From: Alphaproteobacteria bacterium
Lineage (GTDB): Bacteria; Pseudomonadota; Alphaproteobacteria; Methylaequorales; Methylaequoraceae
Assembly (NCBI GenBank): GCA_019650635.1
Contig: BOXE01000002.1
Span: 50,136 to 114,135, forward strand
Direction: 5' to 3'
DNA: 64,000 bases
The notes under the pieces were generated by a model, which was not told the origin of the DNA, ran no database searches, and saw only the letters and a program-made list of their open reading frames with translations. Below are positions 17,602-28,298 of the stretch, piece after piece. How positions within the stretch are numbered: the stretch's first letter is position 1; each line of letters starts with the position of its first letter. The translations under genes and the position numbers were made by a program.

Positions 17602-20366
17602 TCTTCCTAAGACTAACTTTAGCATGAAAGCTAACTTGTCAGAAAAGGAAACTCAATGGCTTGAATTTTGGCATAAAAATAAAATTTATGACAAACTAAA
17701 AAAAAAAAATAAAAAAAGTATTAAGTATGTTTTACATGATGGTCCGCCTTATGCAAATGGTGACCTTCACCTTGGTCATGCCTTGAATAAAATTTTAAAA
17801 GACGTAATTTGCAGATTTAAATTTCAGAGTGCAATGAACGTTGAATATGTACCTGGTTGGGATTGTCACGGACTCCCAATCGAATGGAAGGTTGAGGAGC
17901 AGTTTAGAAAATCTGGGAAAAAAAAATCGGAAGTTAATTTGCAAACATTCAGAGAAGAATGCAGACAGTTTGCAAAGAAATGGGTAAGTATTCAGAGAGA
18001 TCAATTTAATAGATTTGGAATTCAGACTGATTGGGAAGAAATTTATTTAACAATGAATAAAAACTCGGAAGTAACGATTGTATCTGAGTTGTTGAAATTT
18101 CTGGAATCAGAACAGTTATATCTTGGATTTAAACCAGTAATGTGGTCTGTTGTTGAACAAACCGCATTAGCTGAAGCTGAAATAGAGTATTTAGAAAAAA
18201 AATCAAAAGCAATTTACGTAAAATTTGCAGTAGAAAACTTTTTGGAAAACGTAAGTGTCATTATCTGGACTACGACACCTTGGACTATTCCATGCAATAA
18301 GGCAATTGCTTTTTCTAATGATCTTAAATACTCATTAATTGAAATTGATAAAAATATTAAAAGTCTCGCATTAAATAAAAATGACAAGATTATATTAGCC
18401 GATAATTTGGTTCAAAATTTTTGTGAAAATCATTCAATTAGCAACTTTTCAAAAGTAAGTTCAGTTGATTCAGAAAAACTTAAGCAACTAAAATGTAAAC
18501 ATCCACTAAGAAATTTAGGATTTGATCATTCAGTCAGTTTATTTGAAGCTGAGCACGTTACTGATGATGCTGGTACAGGATTAGTTCATATAGCACCAAA
18601 TCATGGAGTTGAAGACTTCGAAGTTGGTATAAAAAATGACCTGGATAATTTGCCTACTGTAGATAATTCTGGAGTGTACACTGATAATGTTCCCTTTTTT
18701 TCAGGTACGCACGTCTACAAAGCCGATGAGGCTGTTATTAATGAATTAAAAAATTCAAATACTCTAGTTAGTTCAGATGATTATTTTCACAGCTATCCTC
18801 ATTCTTGGAGGTCCAAGGCACCATTAATTTATAGAGCAACATCTCAATGGTTCATTTCAATGGAAAGAAAAGATCTTCGAAGTAAGGCTCTCAACGAAAT
18901 AGAGAAAGTAAAGTGGATACCTGAAAATAGTAAAAATAGAATTAGATCTATGGTGAAAGATCGACCAGATTGGTGTGTATCAAGACAACGTTCGTGGGGC
19001 GTTCCAATTACTATTTTCGTCTCCAAGGTAAATGGCGAACCTCTTATTAATAAACATATTAATATGAAAATATTATCAACTATTAAAAATGAAGGTATTG
19101 ATGCTTGGTTCACTAAACCAAAAGATTATTTTTTAAGTGAAATAGCAAATTCAGAAGAATATGAAAAAGTTAGTTCTATTCTAGATGTTTGGTTTGATTC
19201 AGGTTCAAGTCATGTTTATGTTTTAAAAAACAATGGTTTTAATTGCAAAGCTGATCTTTATTTAGAAGGTTCGGATCAGCATCGTGGTTGGTTTCAATCG
19301 TCTTTAATTGAAAGTTGTGCGAACTACGGCGAAAGTCCATTTAAGTCAGTCTTGACACATGGTTTTGTAATCGATGAGAAGGGGAAAAAAATGTCAAAAT
19401 CGTTAGGAAATGTGATTTCACCTTCAGATGTAATTAAAAAGTATGGTGCTGATATTTTAAGAATTTGGGTTGCTAATTCAAACTTTAATGAAGACATAAA
19501 AATAAGTTATCAGAGCTTGGAACGGCAAGCCGAGAGTTATCGAAAAATTAGAAACACAATTAGGTTTATTTTAGGAAATTTAAATAATTTCTCTTTCGAT
19601 TCAAAATTAGAACATAAAAGTCTTTTACCATTGGAGAAATTTATAAGGCATAAGCTTTATAACTTGAATAAAGAGATTATCGAGGCTTATGATGCGTTTA
19701 ATTTTCATAGAGTTTTTCAAACGATTCTCAACTTTTGTTCTCAAGAACTTTCTGCTCTATTCTTCGATATAAGAAAAGATGCATTATATTGTGATAAAAA
19801 CAATTCTTTGAATGTAAGATCATCTAAAACGGTCATGACTGACGTTTTTGATTGTTTAATTAGGTGGCTTGCCCCTATAATACCATTCACAACCGAGGAA
19901 GCATGGCAGTGTTGGAAAGAGGATATTAACAAAAACAGTGAACTGAGTTGTCATTTGTTAGAAAATTTTGAACTTCCTGATGAATGGAATGATATCAATT
20001 TAAATAATGAATGGTCAAAAATTTTAGAAATTAAAAATGCATTTACTTTTGCCGTTGAACAAAAAAGAAATAAAAAAGAAATCAAATCCAGTTTAGAAGC
20101 AAGTGCTTTTGTTTATTTAAAAGATAATGAGTATAAGAAAATTTCAGAGAATCAAAATTTAAGCGAGATCCTTATTTCAGCGAATATAGAAATTTCAGAA
20201 GATTACGATGATCAATTTCTCTTTAACTCAGACAACAAGGAAATTAGGGGTAAAAATATTTAAAGAAGAAGGAGATAAATGTCCAAGATGTTGGAAACTT
20301 TATAAACAACTAGATGAAAAAAATCAGCTTTGTGATAGGTGTATGTCGGTAATTAATGAAAATTAA
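17576..20366 (+). CDS. ileS: isoleucine--tRNA ligase; listed ORF stops at 20263 because of an extra G in GGGG 20247-20250, the zinc-finger tail continues to 20366
   Basis: Carries HLGHALNKILKD (HIGH) and KMSKSLGN (KMSKS). Hand translation after removing one G gives [42 protein letters not shown]-stop. Span is 2791 nt (3n+1). Confidence 0.94.
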
Positions 20367-20819
20367 CAAAGATTATATTTTAGCTTTTACAATTTCTTCG
20401 ATTGCAGTGATTCTTGATCAGATTTCAAAATTATTAATTTTAAACTATAAGTTCTTACTTCCAATGAAAGTGTCGTCTTTTGACATTTTGAATATAGTTT
20501 ATGTTGAAAATAAAGGTATCAGTTTTGGAATGCTTTCAGAGTATAATATTCCTTTTTGGCTAGGAATATTGTCTTTTGCATTAGCTTATATGTAATCTTT
20601 CTGATAGTAAAGTCTGAAAGTAAGTTGGAATTAACTGGATTGTCATTAATTTTAGGTGGAGCAATTGGGAATGGTATTGATAGATTATTTAGTGGTTATG
20701 TAATTGATTTTATTGATCTTTATTATAGAAATTTTCATTGGCCGGCATTTAACTTTGCTGACTCGTTTATAACCGCGGGAGCTGTTTTATTTTTTATTAA
20801 ATTATTTTTTATTAAATAA
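20356..20819 (+). CDS. lspA: lipoprotein signal peptidase II, split by a frameshift between 20556 and 20595
   Basis: ORF 20356..20595 ([10 protein letters not shown]) and ORF 20556..20819 ([22 protein letters not shown]) together make a normal ~155-aa LspA. Span is 464 nt (3n+2). Confidence 0.9.
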
Positions 20820-20933
20820 GAAAATAATTGAGAATTATGCTTTTCAAAGTCATAAACTAATGTTATTTATATATTTTACAAGCAACAAAATGTTTGTATT
20901 AATGTTTAATTGAACACTATATATAGTATAATT

Positions 20934-21589
20934 ATGCAAATCTTACATACACTCAGAACATTGTCTATATCAATGGTTCTTATACTTGTGCAATCATGTT
21001 CAACAATCGAGTCAACAGTCGACTCAACCTTGGATTCAATAAGTGAAGCTGGTGACTTTATCTATGATTCTGTTAATTTCTGGGATGAGGACGAACCGAG
21101 CAAAGCGAAGCTGTAATAATTGAGGAAGCGGTAGAAGTTCCAGAGTATGCTATTCCAGATGAGAGTTACTTTGAACCTGGGTTAAGTCAGGAACAAAATT
21201 TTAGCAATCAACAGAGCTTTCAACCCCAAGTAAATGCTCAACCTTACTATGACCCAATTTACAGGAGCCAGAGACAATACTATTATGTTGGACCTAATGG
21301 AACTCCAATGCTAGCTCCACCTCCTCCACCTTTTCCTCAATATTCAATTGATCAAGTAGCTCCACTTCCTTATTCATATTCAAATAACCTTGATATGCCT
21401 GGGTCATTTAATCCAAATATGAACAATTTCGCACCTAGGCAGAATTTAGGTGTTACAAACCAAAATCAAAATGTTAAACCAACTATTACACTCGAAGAAG
21501 AAATGGAATTATTTGGAATACAAAATGATTGTGTTAGAGTAAAAGAAGATTACGTAAACGGCGGATTTATGTGTGATGATTATGATTAA
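20934..21589 (+). CDS. hypothetical lipoprotein-like protein with Q/N/P/Y-rich low-complexity region; two ORFs joined by a probable frameshift at 21085-21113
   Basis: The N-terminal ORF has a signal peptide ending LVQSC. The frame of ORF 21308..21589 is open upstream to about 21087 (GRTEQSEAVIIEEAVEVPEYAIPDESYFEPG...) and overlaps the open end of the first ORF. No family recognised. Confidence 0.55.
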
Positions 21590-22166
21590 TAATTACTTAA
21601 AGTATTGTCTTATCTTTTCTGTATTTGTATTAAACTCTTGTGAAACTCTTCAAGATTTTGCCGGTTTAAATAAACCTGACCTTGAAATAGATTTATTTGA
21701 AGAAACGCCCGAATTGGTTCTTCCCCCAGATTTTGGAAAAGTTGCTAAGAGAAATAAATATAGAAATGAAAAAATTATCAATCAAACGCCAGATTTTAGT
21801 GATAATTTTCAGCAATCACAATATCAAAGCATCCAACCTCGTGTGACAAATTATATTGCTCCTAGAATAAATATTGAATCATCACCAACTCCTTCTGATT
21901 CACTCGAAAGATTTAAAGAGAATAAAAAATTTACAATTGGACAATGGGTGTACGGACAATATATACAAGGTTTTAAACAAGGAAATCTTTATTACAGACC
22001 AATTTACGATAAGGGTTATAACTTTTCTAGAAGATATTTACCTGATCAAAACATAACTTCCTTTTTAAGACCACAACAACAATATATTGAAAATGCCAAT
22101 AGAAGAGAATCCATTCCAATGGATTCAAATTTTCAGAATTTAGAAAACTTACCAATAATTGATTAA
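21573..22166 (+). CDS. hypothetical lipoprotein-like protein (possibly DUF3035-like)
   Basis: 197 aa with a signal peptide ending FVLNSC, followed by NKPDLEIDLFEETPELVLPPDF. The position between lspA and an M16 peptidase pair recalls alphaproteobacterial DUF3035 lipoproteins, but that is from memory only. Confidence 0.5.
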   Translation: MMIMINNYLKYCLIFSVFVLNSCETLQDFAGLNKPDLEIDLFEETPELVLPPDFGKVAKRNKYRNEKIINQTPDFSDNFQQSQYQSIQPRVTNYIAPRINIESSPTPSDSLERFKENKKFTIGQWVYGQYIQGFKQGNLYYRPIYDKGYNFSRRYLPDQNITSFLRPQQQYIENANRRESIPMDSNFQNLENLPIID

Positions 22167-23474
22167 ATGAAGATAGTTGGGATTTTATTTATTCTACTAT
22201 TTTGCTTTGAATCCAAATCAAACATAAATTTCAACGCTAAATCAACTACCTTGGAAAATGGATTGAGATTAATTGTTGTAGAAAACCCAAGAGCTCCTGT
22301 CGTTGCTCAAATGATGTGGTATAATTTCGGATCGAATATAGAACAAAGAGGTAAAAGTGGTTTAGCTCATTTTATGGAGCATCTTATGTTTAAAGGAACA
22401 AAGAAATTCCCAAATAGTTACTATTCAGATTATCTTTCAAAAATAGGTGGTAGTGAGAATGCATTTACAAGTTACGATTATACGGCGTATTACCAAATTT
22501 TTCCAAGTCAACATTTGGAAAAAATTATCGAACTCGAAGCTGACAGAATGAACAACTTAACTCTAACTAAAAAGAATGTGGAAATTGAGAAAAAAGTAAT
22601 TTTAGAAGAAAGATTTCAAAGAATTGAGAGCGATCCGTCTGCCCAACTTGACGAATCTATGAGAACCGTATTATTTCCAAATGATTATTATGGTCGACCT
22701 ATAATTGGTTGGAAGCACGAAATCGAAAATCTCTCTTATGATGATGTAATCGATTTTTATAAAGAAAATTATAACCCCAACAACGCTATTTTAATTTTGT
22801 CAGGAGATATAAAATTTAAAAATGCAAAAAAATTAGTAAATAAATATTACAAATCTATAAAATCTTCACAAAAGATTAAACTTAATAAATTAAATAATCC
22901 TGATCTAAAAACTTCTACAAATGTCGAGCTAAGCAATGAAAATGTGAAGCAACAAATATGGAAGAGAATATATAGAACAAAGTCTTATAATGACTCAATG
23001 ACTCAGTCAATTGCATTAGATTTAGGAATGAAAATTCTTGCCGGAGGGACTTCTAGTTTATTGTACGAAGAGTTTGTAAATAAAAAAAGATTTTTCAATG
23101 GTGGGAGGTTTTTTCAAGGTTTAACAAAAGGAAACGGATATATTTATTTTTACGCAATACCCAATAAGAAAGTTGAACAGTCTGAAATAAGTGACTTGTT
23201 GGATAAATTTATAGTTCAAGCCATAGATGAGGGTATCTCCGAAGAAAAATTAATCTTAGAAAAGAAGAAATATTACTTTGATAGTATTTACGGCATGGAC
23301 GGAATTTTAAAACCTGCTGAAATTATAGGAGAAGCATTAACTATTGGTTTAAGTCTGGATGATATTGAAAATTGGAATGACAAACTTGATAAGATAAATC
23401 TGGAAATGGTAAAAAAAGAATTAAAAGAATTTTCAAAAAATAGAAATTTTGTTACAGGAAACTTGAAGAATTGA
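22167..23474 (+). CDS. M16 (pitrilysin) family zinc peptidase, catalytic-type subunit
   Basis: 435 aa with an N-terminal signal sequence and the inverted zinc motif HFMEH (HxxEH). Confidence 0.88.
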   Translation: MKIVGILFILLFCFESKSNINFNAKSTTLENGLRLIVVENPRAPVVAQMMWYNFGSNIEQRGKSGLAHFMEHLMFKGTKKFPNSYYSDYLSKIGGSENAFTSYDYTAYYQIFPSQHLEKIIELEADRMNNLTLTKKNVEIEKKVILEERFQRIESDPSAQLDESMRTVLFPNDYYGRPIIGWKHEIENLSYDDVIDFYKENYNPNNAILILSGDIKFKNAKKLVNKYYKSIKSSQKIKLNKLNNPDLKTSTNVELSNENVKQQIWKRIYRTKSYNDSMTQSIALDLGMKILAGGTSSLLYEEFVNKKRFFNGGRFFQGLTKGNGYIYFYAIPNKKVEQSEISDLLDKFIVQAIDEGISEEKLILEKKKYYFDSIYGMDGILKPAEIIGEALTIGLSLDDIENWNDKLDKINLEMVKKELKEFSKNRNFVTGNLKN

Positions 23475-24760
23475 GATTTATTTTTTTATTTTTTTTATTA
23501 ATATTCAAAAACTTAGATGCTTTTGAATATAAAAATCTTAAAACAAATTCTGGAATTGAATTTTGGTTTGTCGAGGATAAATCAATACCAATTGTCAGTG
23601 TAAGTTTTAGTTTTAGGGGAGGGAGTTCAATTGATATTAAAGATAAAAATGGTATTTCAAATTTGATGACATCTCTTCTAGACGAAGGAACTCGTAATTT
23701 AACTTCAAAGCAATTCAAAAACGAAATGAAAATGAATGGAATGAAGTTAAGCTTTAGTACACAGAAAGATAAGATTGATGGTGTATTTCAAATTATTTCA
23801 GCTCAGGCCAAGGATGGTTTTGATTTATTTTACGAAGCTTTAAATCATCCAAGCTTTAATGAAGTGGATATTAACAGAGTTAAGAGACAAGTTATATCTA
23901 GTATAAAAATTGATGAATCTGATTTATCAACTTTAGCTTCAAACAAATTTAATCAACACTTTTTTAAAGATCATGTTTTCTCAAACAACATAAAAGGATC
24001 GGAAGAATCAATTAAAAACATTACAAGAACTGATTTAGTAAACTTTCATAAAAGATCTTTTGTAAAGAATAATTTAGTAATTGGTGTTGCCGGCAATATA
24101 AATGTTAATAAAATAAAAAAATATATTGAACTTGTTTTTGGGGAATTAAAAGACAATCAACAAAATTATTCTATTAAACAATTTAAGGCTCTATCTGTTG
24201 GGCAAAAAATGTTTGAAATGAAAACACCACAGTCTAGTGTTTTATTTGGTCACCCTGGATTAGAAAGAAATAATGAAAATTTTTTTGCACTTAGAATTGC
24301 GAACTATATTTTGGGTGGTGGTGGATTTCAATCTCGTCTATACAAAAATATCAGGGAAAAAAAAGGTCTTGTTTATTCAATTTATTCATATTTATTGTCT
24401 TACGAAAATGATGGTGTAATTGTTGGGGGCTTTCAAACAAGGAACAAATCTGTCTTTCAAACTATTGAAAATGTAAAAAATGAATGGAAAAAACTTAATA
24501 AACGTGGAATTACAAAAAGCGAGTTAGACAATGCTAAAGCTTATTTTAATGGATCTTTTACGAGGAATTTTACAAGCACTCTATCGATAGCAAGATTATT
24601 ACAAGTTGTTCAATATTATGAGCTTGGAGCCGATTATTTTATTAAAAGAGAGAAAATCATAAATAGTCTAAATCTAGAAAAAGTAAATGGTATAATTTCA
24701 GAATATTTCTCAAACGAAAAATTGTTTTTTATGATTGTCGGAGAGCCAGAAAAGAAATGA
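23471..24760 (+). CDS. M16 family peptidase, non-catalytic-type partner (no HxxEH)
   Basis: 429 aa with the same fold and length as its neighbour. The HxxEH position reads GISNLMTSLLDEGT. It overlaps the upstream gene by 4 nt. Confidence 0.82.
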   Translation: MRFIFLFFLLIFKNLDAFEYKNLKTNSGIEFWFVEDKSIPIVSVSFSFRGGSSIDIKDKNGISNLMTSLLDEGTRNLTSKQFKNEMKMNGMKLSFSTQKDKIDGVFQIISAQAKDGFDLFYEALNHPSFNEVDINRVKRQVISSIKIDESDLSTLASNKFNQHFFKDHVFSNNIKGSEESIKNITRTDLVNFHKRSFVKNNLVIGVAGNINVNKIKKYIELVFGELKDNQQNYSIKQFKALSVGQKMFEMKTPQSSVLFGHPGLERNNENFFALRIANYILGGGGFQSRLYKNIREKKGLVYSIYSYLLSYENDGVIVGGFQTRNKSVFQTIENVKNEWKKLNKRGITKSELDNAKAYFNGSFTRNFTSTLSIARLLQVVQYYELGADYFIKREKIINSLNLEKVNGIISEYFSNEKLFFMIVGEPEKK

Positions 24761-26004
24761 TTTTTTTACAAGAGACATTTAATTTAGAAAAAAAAGTAAA
24801 AAAAACACAAAAACAGAAATATACAAAGTCAAAAATCAAAATATTAGAATTAATAAAAAAAAAATCTTTTGGTTTTATTCAAGATTTGCATCAAAAAGAT
24901 TTCTCAGACATTTATCAATTTTCTGAAAAACTTCAAAAATTCGAAAACGTATTATTTTTAGGAACAGGTGGTTCTAGCCTAGGTGGCAAAACACTAGTTT
25001 CATTGATGGATAATATTTTTATAAATGCGACCAGACCTAGAGTTTTTTTTGTAGAAAATATTGATTCATCGTCAATACATGGTTTGCTACAAAATATAGA
25101 TTTAAAAAATTCAGCTTGTGTTGTTACATCAAAGTCAGGTGAAACAATTGAAACAATTGCGCAGTTTTTCTTTGTATTAAATGAATTTAAGAAAAAAAAA
25201 ATTTCTATAAAAAAAAGATTTTTCATTATCACTGAAGATAAACAAAGCACACTGAAAGAAATTCAGGAGAGTGAAAATTTAGATTTTTATCCGCATCCGA
25301 TTGATATTGGGGGACGATATTCTGTTTTCTCAATTGTTGGTTTAATTCCATCAAAAACCATTGGTTTTGACATAAAGCGTTTTTGTAATGGAGGTAAAAG
25401 TTTTTTAAAGGAAATAGAAAATGAAAATAATTTTGATTATTACTTTACCCCTATTTCAAATTTAATTAATCTAAAAAAAAAAGGTGTGAATATGTCAATA
25501 GTAATGCCTTACCATGATTCATTAAACAATTTATCATTTTGGTACAGACAACTATGGGCTGAAAGTATTGGAAAAAAAGGTAAAGGTATAACTCCAGTAA
25601 ATGCTTTAGGAACAGTTGATCAGCATAGTCAGCTACAACTTTATTTAGATGGTCCAAAAGATAAGTTTTTTACATTTATTGAAAAAGCAAGAGACAAGAG
25701 TGTTACAAAATTAGATTGTCATTATTCTAAATCTAAAACATTTCAAGATCTTCATCAGAAATCATTAGAAGAACTACTCAATGCAGAGATGAACGCAACC
25801 ATTAAAACTATCAGTAATAAAAAAATACCTATTAGAAGAATAACTTTGGAGTCCTACAATGAGAAATACATTGGAAGTCTAATGATGTTTTTTTTTATAG
25901 AAACAATCTTTAGTTGTTTCTTGCTAGAGGTAAATCCATTTGACCAGCCTGCGGTGGAAGAGGGGAAAAAATTAACTAAAAGATTTCTTAAATATAATGA
26001 GTGA
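24757..26004 (+). CDS. pgi: glucose-6-phosphate isomerase (short SIS-domain type)
   Basis: 415 aa with LGTGGSSLGGK, TSKSGETIET, GGRYSVFSIVGL and DQHSQLQLYLDG. Confidence 0.8.
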   Translation: MIFLQETFNLEKKVKKTQKQKYTKSKIKILELIKKKSFGFIQDLHQKDFSDIYQFSEKLQKFENVLFLGTGGSSLGGKTLVSLMDNIFINATRPRVFFVENIDSSSIHGLLQNIDLKNSACVVTSKSGETIETIAQFFFVLNEFKKKKISIKKRFFIITEDKQSTLKEIQESENLDFYPHPIDIGGRYSVFSIVGLIPSKTIGFDIKRFCNGGKSFLKEIENENNFDYYFTPISNLINLKKKGVNMSIVMPYHDSLNNLSFWYRQLWAESIGKKGKGITPVNALGTVDQHSQLQLYLDGPKDKFFTFIEKARDKSVTKLDCHYSKSKTFQDLHQKSLEELLNAEMNATIKTISNKKIPIRRITLESYNEKYIGSLMMFFFIETIFSCFLLEVNPFDQPAVEEGKKLTKRFLKYNE

Positions 26005-27739
26005 GATCAAATTATTATCAGACAGTTTAATTAATAAGATTGCAGCTGGAGAAGTTTTAGAAAGACCCGCATCGGCTGTTAAAGAATTGGTAGAAAATAG
26101 TATTGATGCTGGGGCCAAGAAAATCGATATTTTTATAGGGAACGGCGGTAAAAGTAACATAACAGTTTTAGATGACGGTCGGGGTATAAAAAAAGATGAA
26201 TTAGAAAAAGCCGTTCTACGTCACACAACTTCGAAACTAAATTCATCAAATTTAAATTGTATTAAAACAATGGGCTTTAGGGGTGAAGCATTGTCTTCGA
26301 TAGCATCTGTTTCAGACTTTTCCATAAGTTCTAATCAGAAAAATAATTCAGAGGGTTACGAGATTAAAATAGTTTCAGGTAAAGTTAAATATGTAAAACC
26401 TATAAATCAGAAAAAGGGAACTTGTGTTAAAGTAAGAAATTTATTCTTTTCAACACCAGCAAGATTAAAATTTCTTAAATCTGAAAACTACGAATCTATT
26501 CTTATTAAAAGACTTATTCAAAATTTTGCTATAATTCATTTTGATAAAGAATTTAATCTTTATTTAAATAACAAAATTACAATCAAGACATCTTTATCAA
26601 AAGATAGAGAAGTAAAAAACAGATTTTTTAATAGGGTAAATCAGATATTAGGGACAGATTTTGTTGAAAATTCAATCGATCTCGAAGCACATTCTGAATT
26701 TATTTCACTCTCTGGTCTCCTTGGATATCCAACTTTTAATTATTCAAACTCTAATAATCAATTTGTTTTTGTTAACGGAAGAGTAATTAATGACAAGACT
26801 TTGAATACAATTTTCAGGGTTGCATACAAAGATGTAATGTTTCATGACAGATTTCCGCAGCTTATTCTAAATATAAAGTGTCCACACGACTGGGTTGATG
26901 TAAATGTGCATCCGATGAAAAATGAGGTGAGATTTAGTGACTTTAATTTACTTAAATCATTCATTATTAAAACATTTAGAGATTCATTTGAAAAAATAGG
27001 TTATGAAAATAATAAATTAAAATCATCAACACCGCTAGTTGAGGAAAACAATGTAAATGGTTTTCAGGAGAAAATAAAACTAAAAGAAACAAATTATTCT
27101 AATTATGAAATAAATAATAATTATGATTCATTGCAGGAGTCAAATAAGCCTGAGCAGTTCTATCCCTTAGGACACGCTAAAAGTCAGTTTCATGCTAATT
27201 ATATTATATCAGAAACTGAAGAGGGAATAATAATAGTAGACCAGCATGCAGCTCATGAAAGGATTGTATATGAAAGTTTAAAGAAAGATTATTATGAAAA
27301 TAAAATTAAAACTCAACTTTTATTAATTCCTATTATTTTAAATTTAGACAATCTAGTAATAAAAGATTATGAAAAAAAATTGGAAAACCTAGGAAAGTTT
27401 GGATTAAAAATAGATGTATTTGGATCAAATTCGGTAATTGTGAGAGAAATACCAGCCTTAGTTTCAGATTGTAACGTCAAAAACCTTGTAGATGCTGTTA
27501 TTAATGATATGGCAAATGAGAACTCTTTAAATTATTTGGAAACAGAAGTTAATAAAATTTGCTCAACAATTGCATGTCATGGTTCAATAAGATCCGGAAG
27601 AAAGCTTGAAGTTGAAGAAATGAACGACTTATTAAGAAAAATGGAAAATACTAAAAATTCTGGACAATGTAATCATGGACGACCAACTTTTATAAAATTA
27701 AATATCGTAGAGATAGAAAAATTATTCGGAAGAAAATAA
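25997..27739 (+). CDS. mutL: DNA mismatch repair protein MutL
   Basis: 580 aa with the GHKL ATPase motifs VKELVENSIDAGA and GFRGEALSSI, plus a C-terminal dimerisation domain. Confidence 0.93.
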   Translation: MSEIKLLSDSLINKIAAGEVLERPASAVKELVENSIDAGAKKIDIFIGNGGKSNITVLDDGRGIKKDELEKAVLRHTTSKLNSSNLNCIKTMGFRGEALSSIASVSDFSISSNQKNNSEGYEIKIVSGKVKYVKPINQKKGTCVKVRNLFFSTPARLKFLKSENYESILIKRLIQNFAIIHFDKEFNLYLNNKITIKTSLSKDREVKNRFFNRVNQILGTDFVENSIDLEAHSEFISLSGLLGYPTFNYSNSNNQFVFVNGRVINDKTLNTIFRVAYKDVMFHDRFPQLILNIKCPHDWVDVNVHPMKNEVRFSDFNLLKSFIIKTFRDSFEKIGYENNKLKSSTPLVEENNVNGFQEKIKLKETNYSNYEINNNYDSLQESNKPEQFYPLGHAKSQFHANYIISETEEGIIIVDQHAAHERIVYESLKKDYYENKIKTQLLLIPIILNLDNLVIKDYEKKLENLGKFGLKIDVFGSNSVIVREIPALVSDCNVKNLVDAVINDMANENSLNYLETEVNKICSTIACHGSIRSGRKLEVEEMNDLLRKMENTKNSGQCNHGRPTFIKLNIVEIEKLFGRK

Positions 27740-27740
27740 G

Positions 27741-28298
27741 TTATATTTTTTTTACAAAAAGAAATTTCGATTTTGATATTTTTTTCGTCTTCATAATTTC
27801 AAAGGAATCAAAATTTAAATCAGTTATTTTTTCTCCGAACTCAAGTACGCCAAAAGAATTTTTTTTCATTAAAAAATTTATCTTTTCTATAATTAATTCC
27901 AGTGAATATTTTTGATAGGGTGGATCGCAAAAAAAAAGATCAAATTTATCTTTAAATTTGGGAAATTTATCTTTTATAATGTCTAGTTTAACTATTTTAA
28001 CATTTTGAATTATCTTCAATTCCTGACAGTTTTTTCTACATAAATTTAATGATTCATTTGAAGAGTCAATAAAGGTTACATGCTCAGCTCCTCTAGAGAG
28101 AGCTTCTATCCCTAAGGCACCAGTACCGCAAAAACAATCAATTATCGCTTGTCCAGTAATTTTTTTTTTATCTTTTATGAGAAGAGAGTTTAGTGTATTA
28201 AAAATCATTTCTCTTGCTCTGTCAGATGTTGGACGAATTGAATTATTAGATGGTGTTTTAATTAATCGTGTTTTAAATTTGCCTGAAATTATTCTCAT
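27741..28298 (-). CDS. rsmD: 16S rRNA (guanine966-N2)-methyltransferase RsmD
   Basis: 185 aa with the DCFCGTGALGIEALSRGA SAM-binding motif and DPPY. Confidence 0.85.
   Translation of the reverse strand: MRIISGKFKTRLIKTPSNNSIRPTSDRAREMIFNTLNSLLIKDKKKITGQAIIDCFCGTGALGIEALSRGAEHVTFIDSSNESLNLCRKNCQELKIIQNVKIVKLDIIKDKFPKFKDKFDLFFCDPPYQKYSLELIIEKINFLMKKNSFGVLEFGEKITDLNFDSFEIMKTKKISKSKFLFVKKI

Noticed and set aside
20820-20933. Sigma70-like promoter (TTGAAC ... TATAAT, or TTGTAT-N17-CTATAT) upstream of the first lipoprotein gene
   Set aside because: The better hexamers are only 11 nt apart, and the 17-nt-spaced pair is weak. In DNA this AT-rich such matches are expected by chance.
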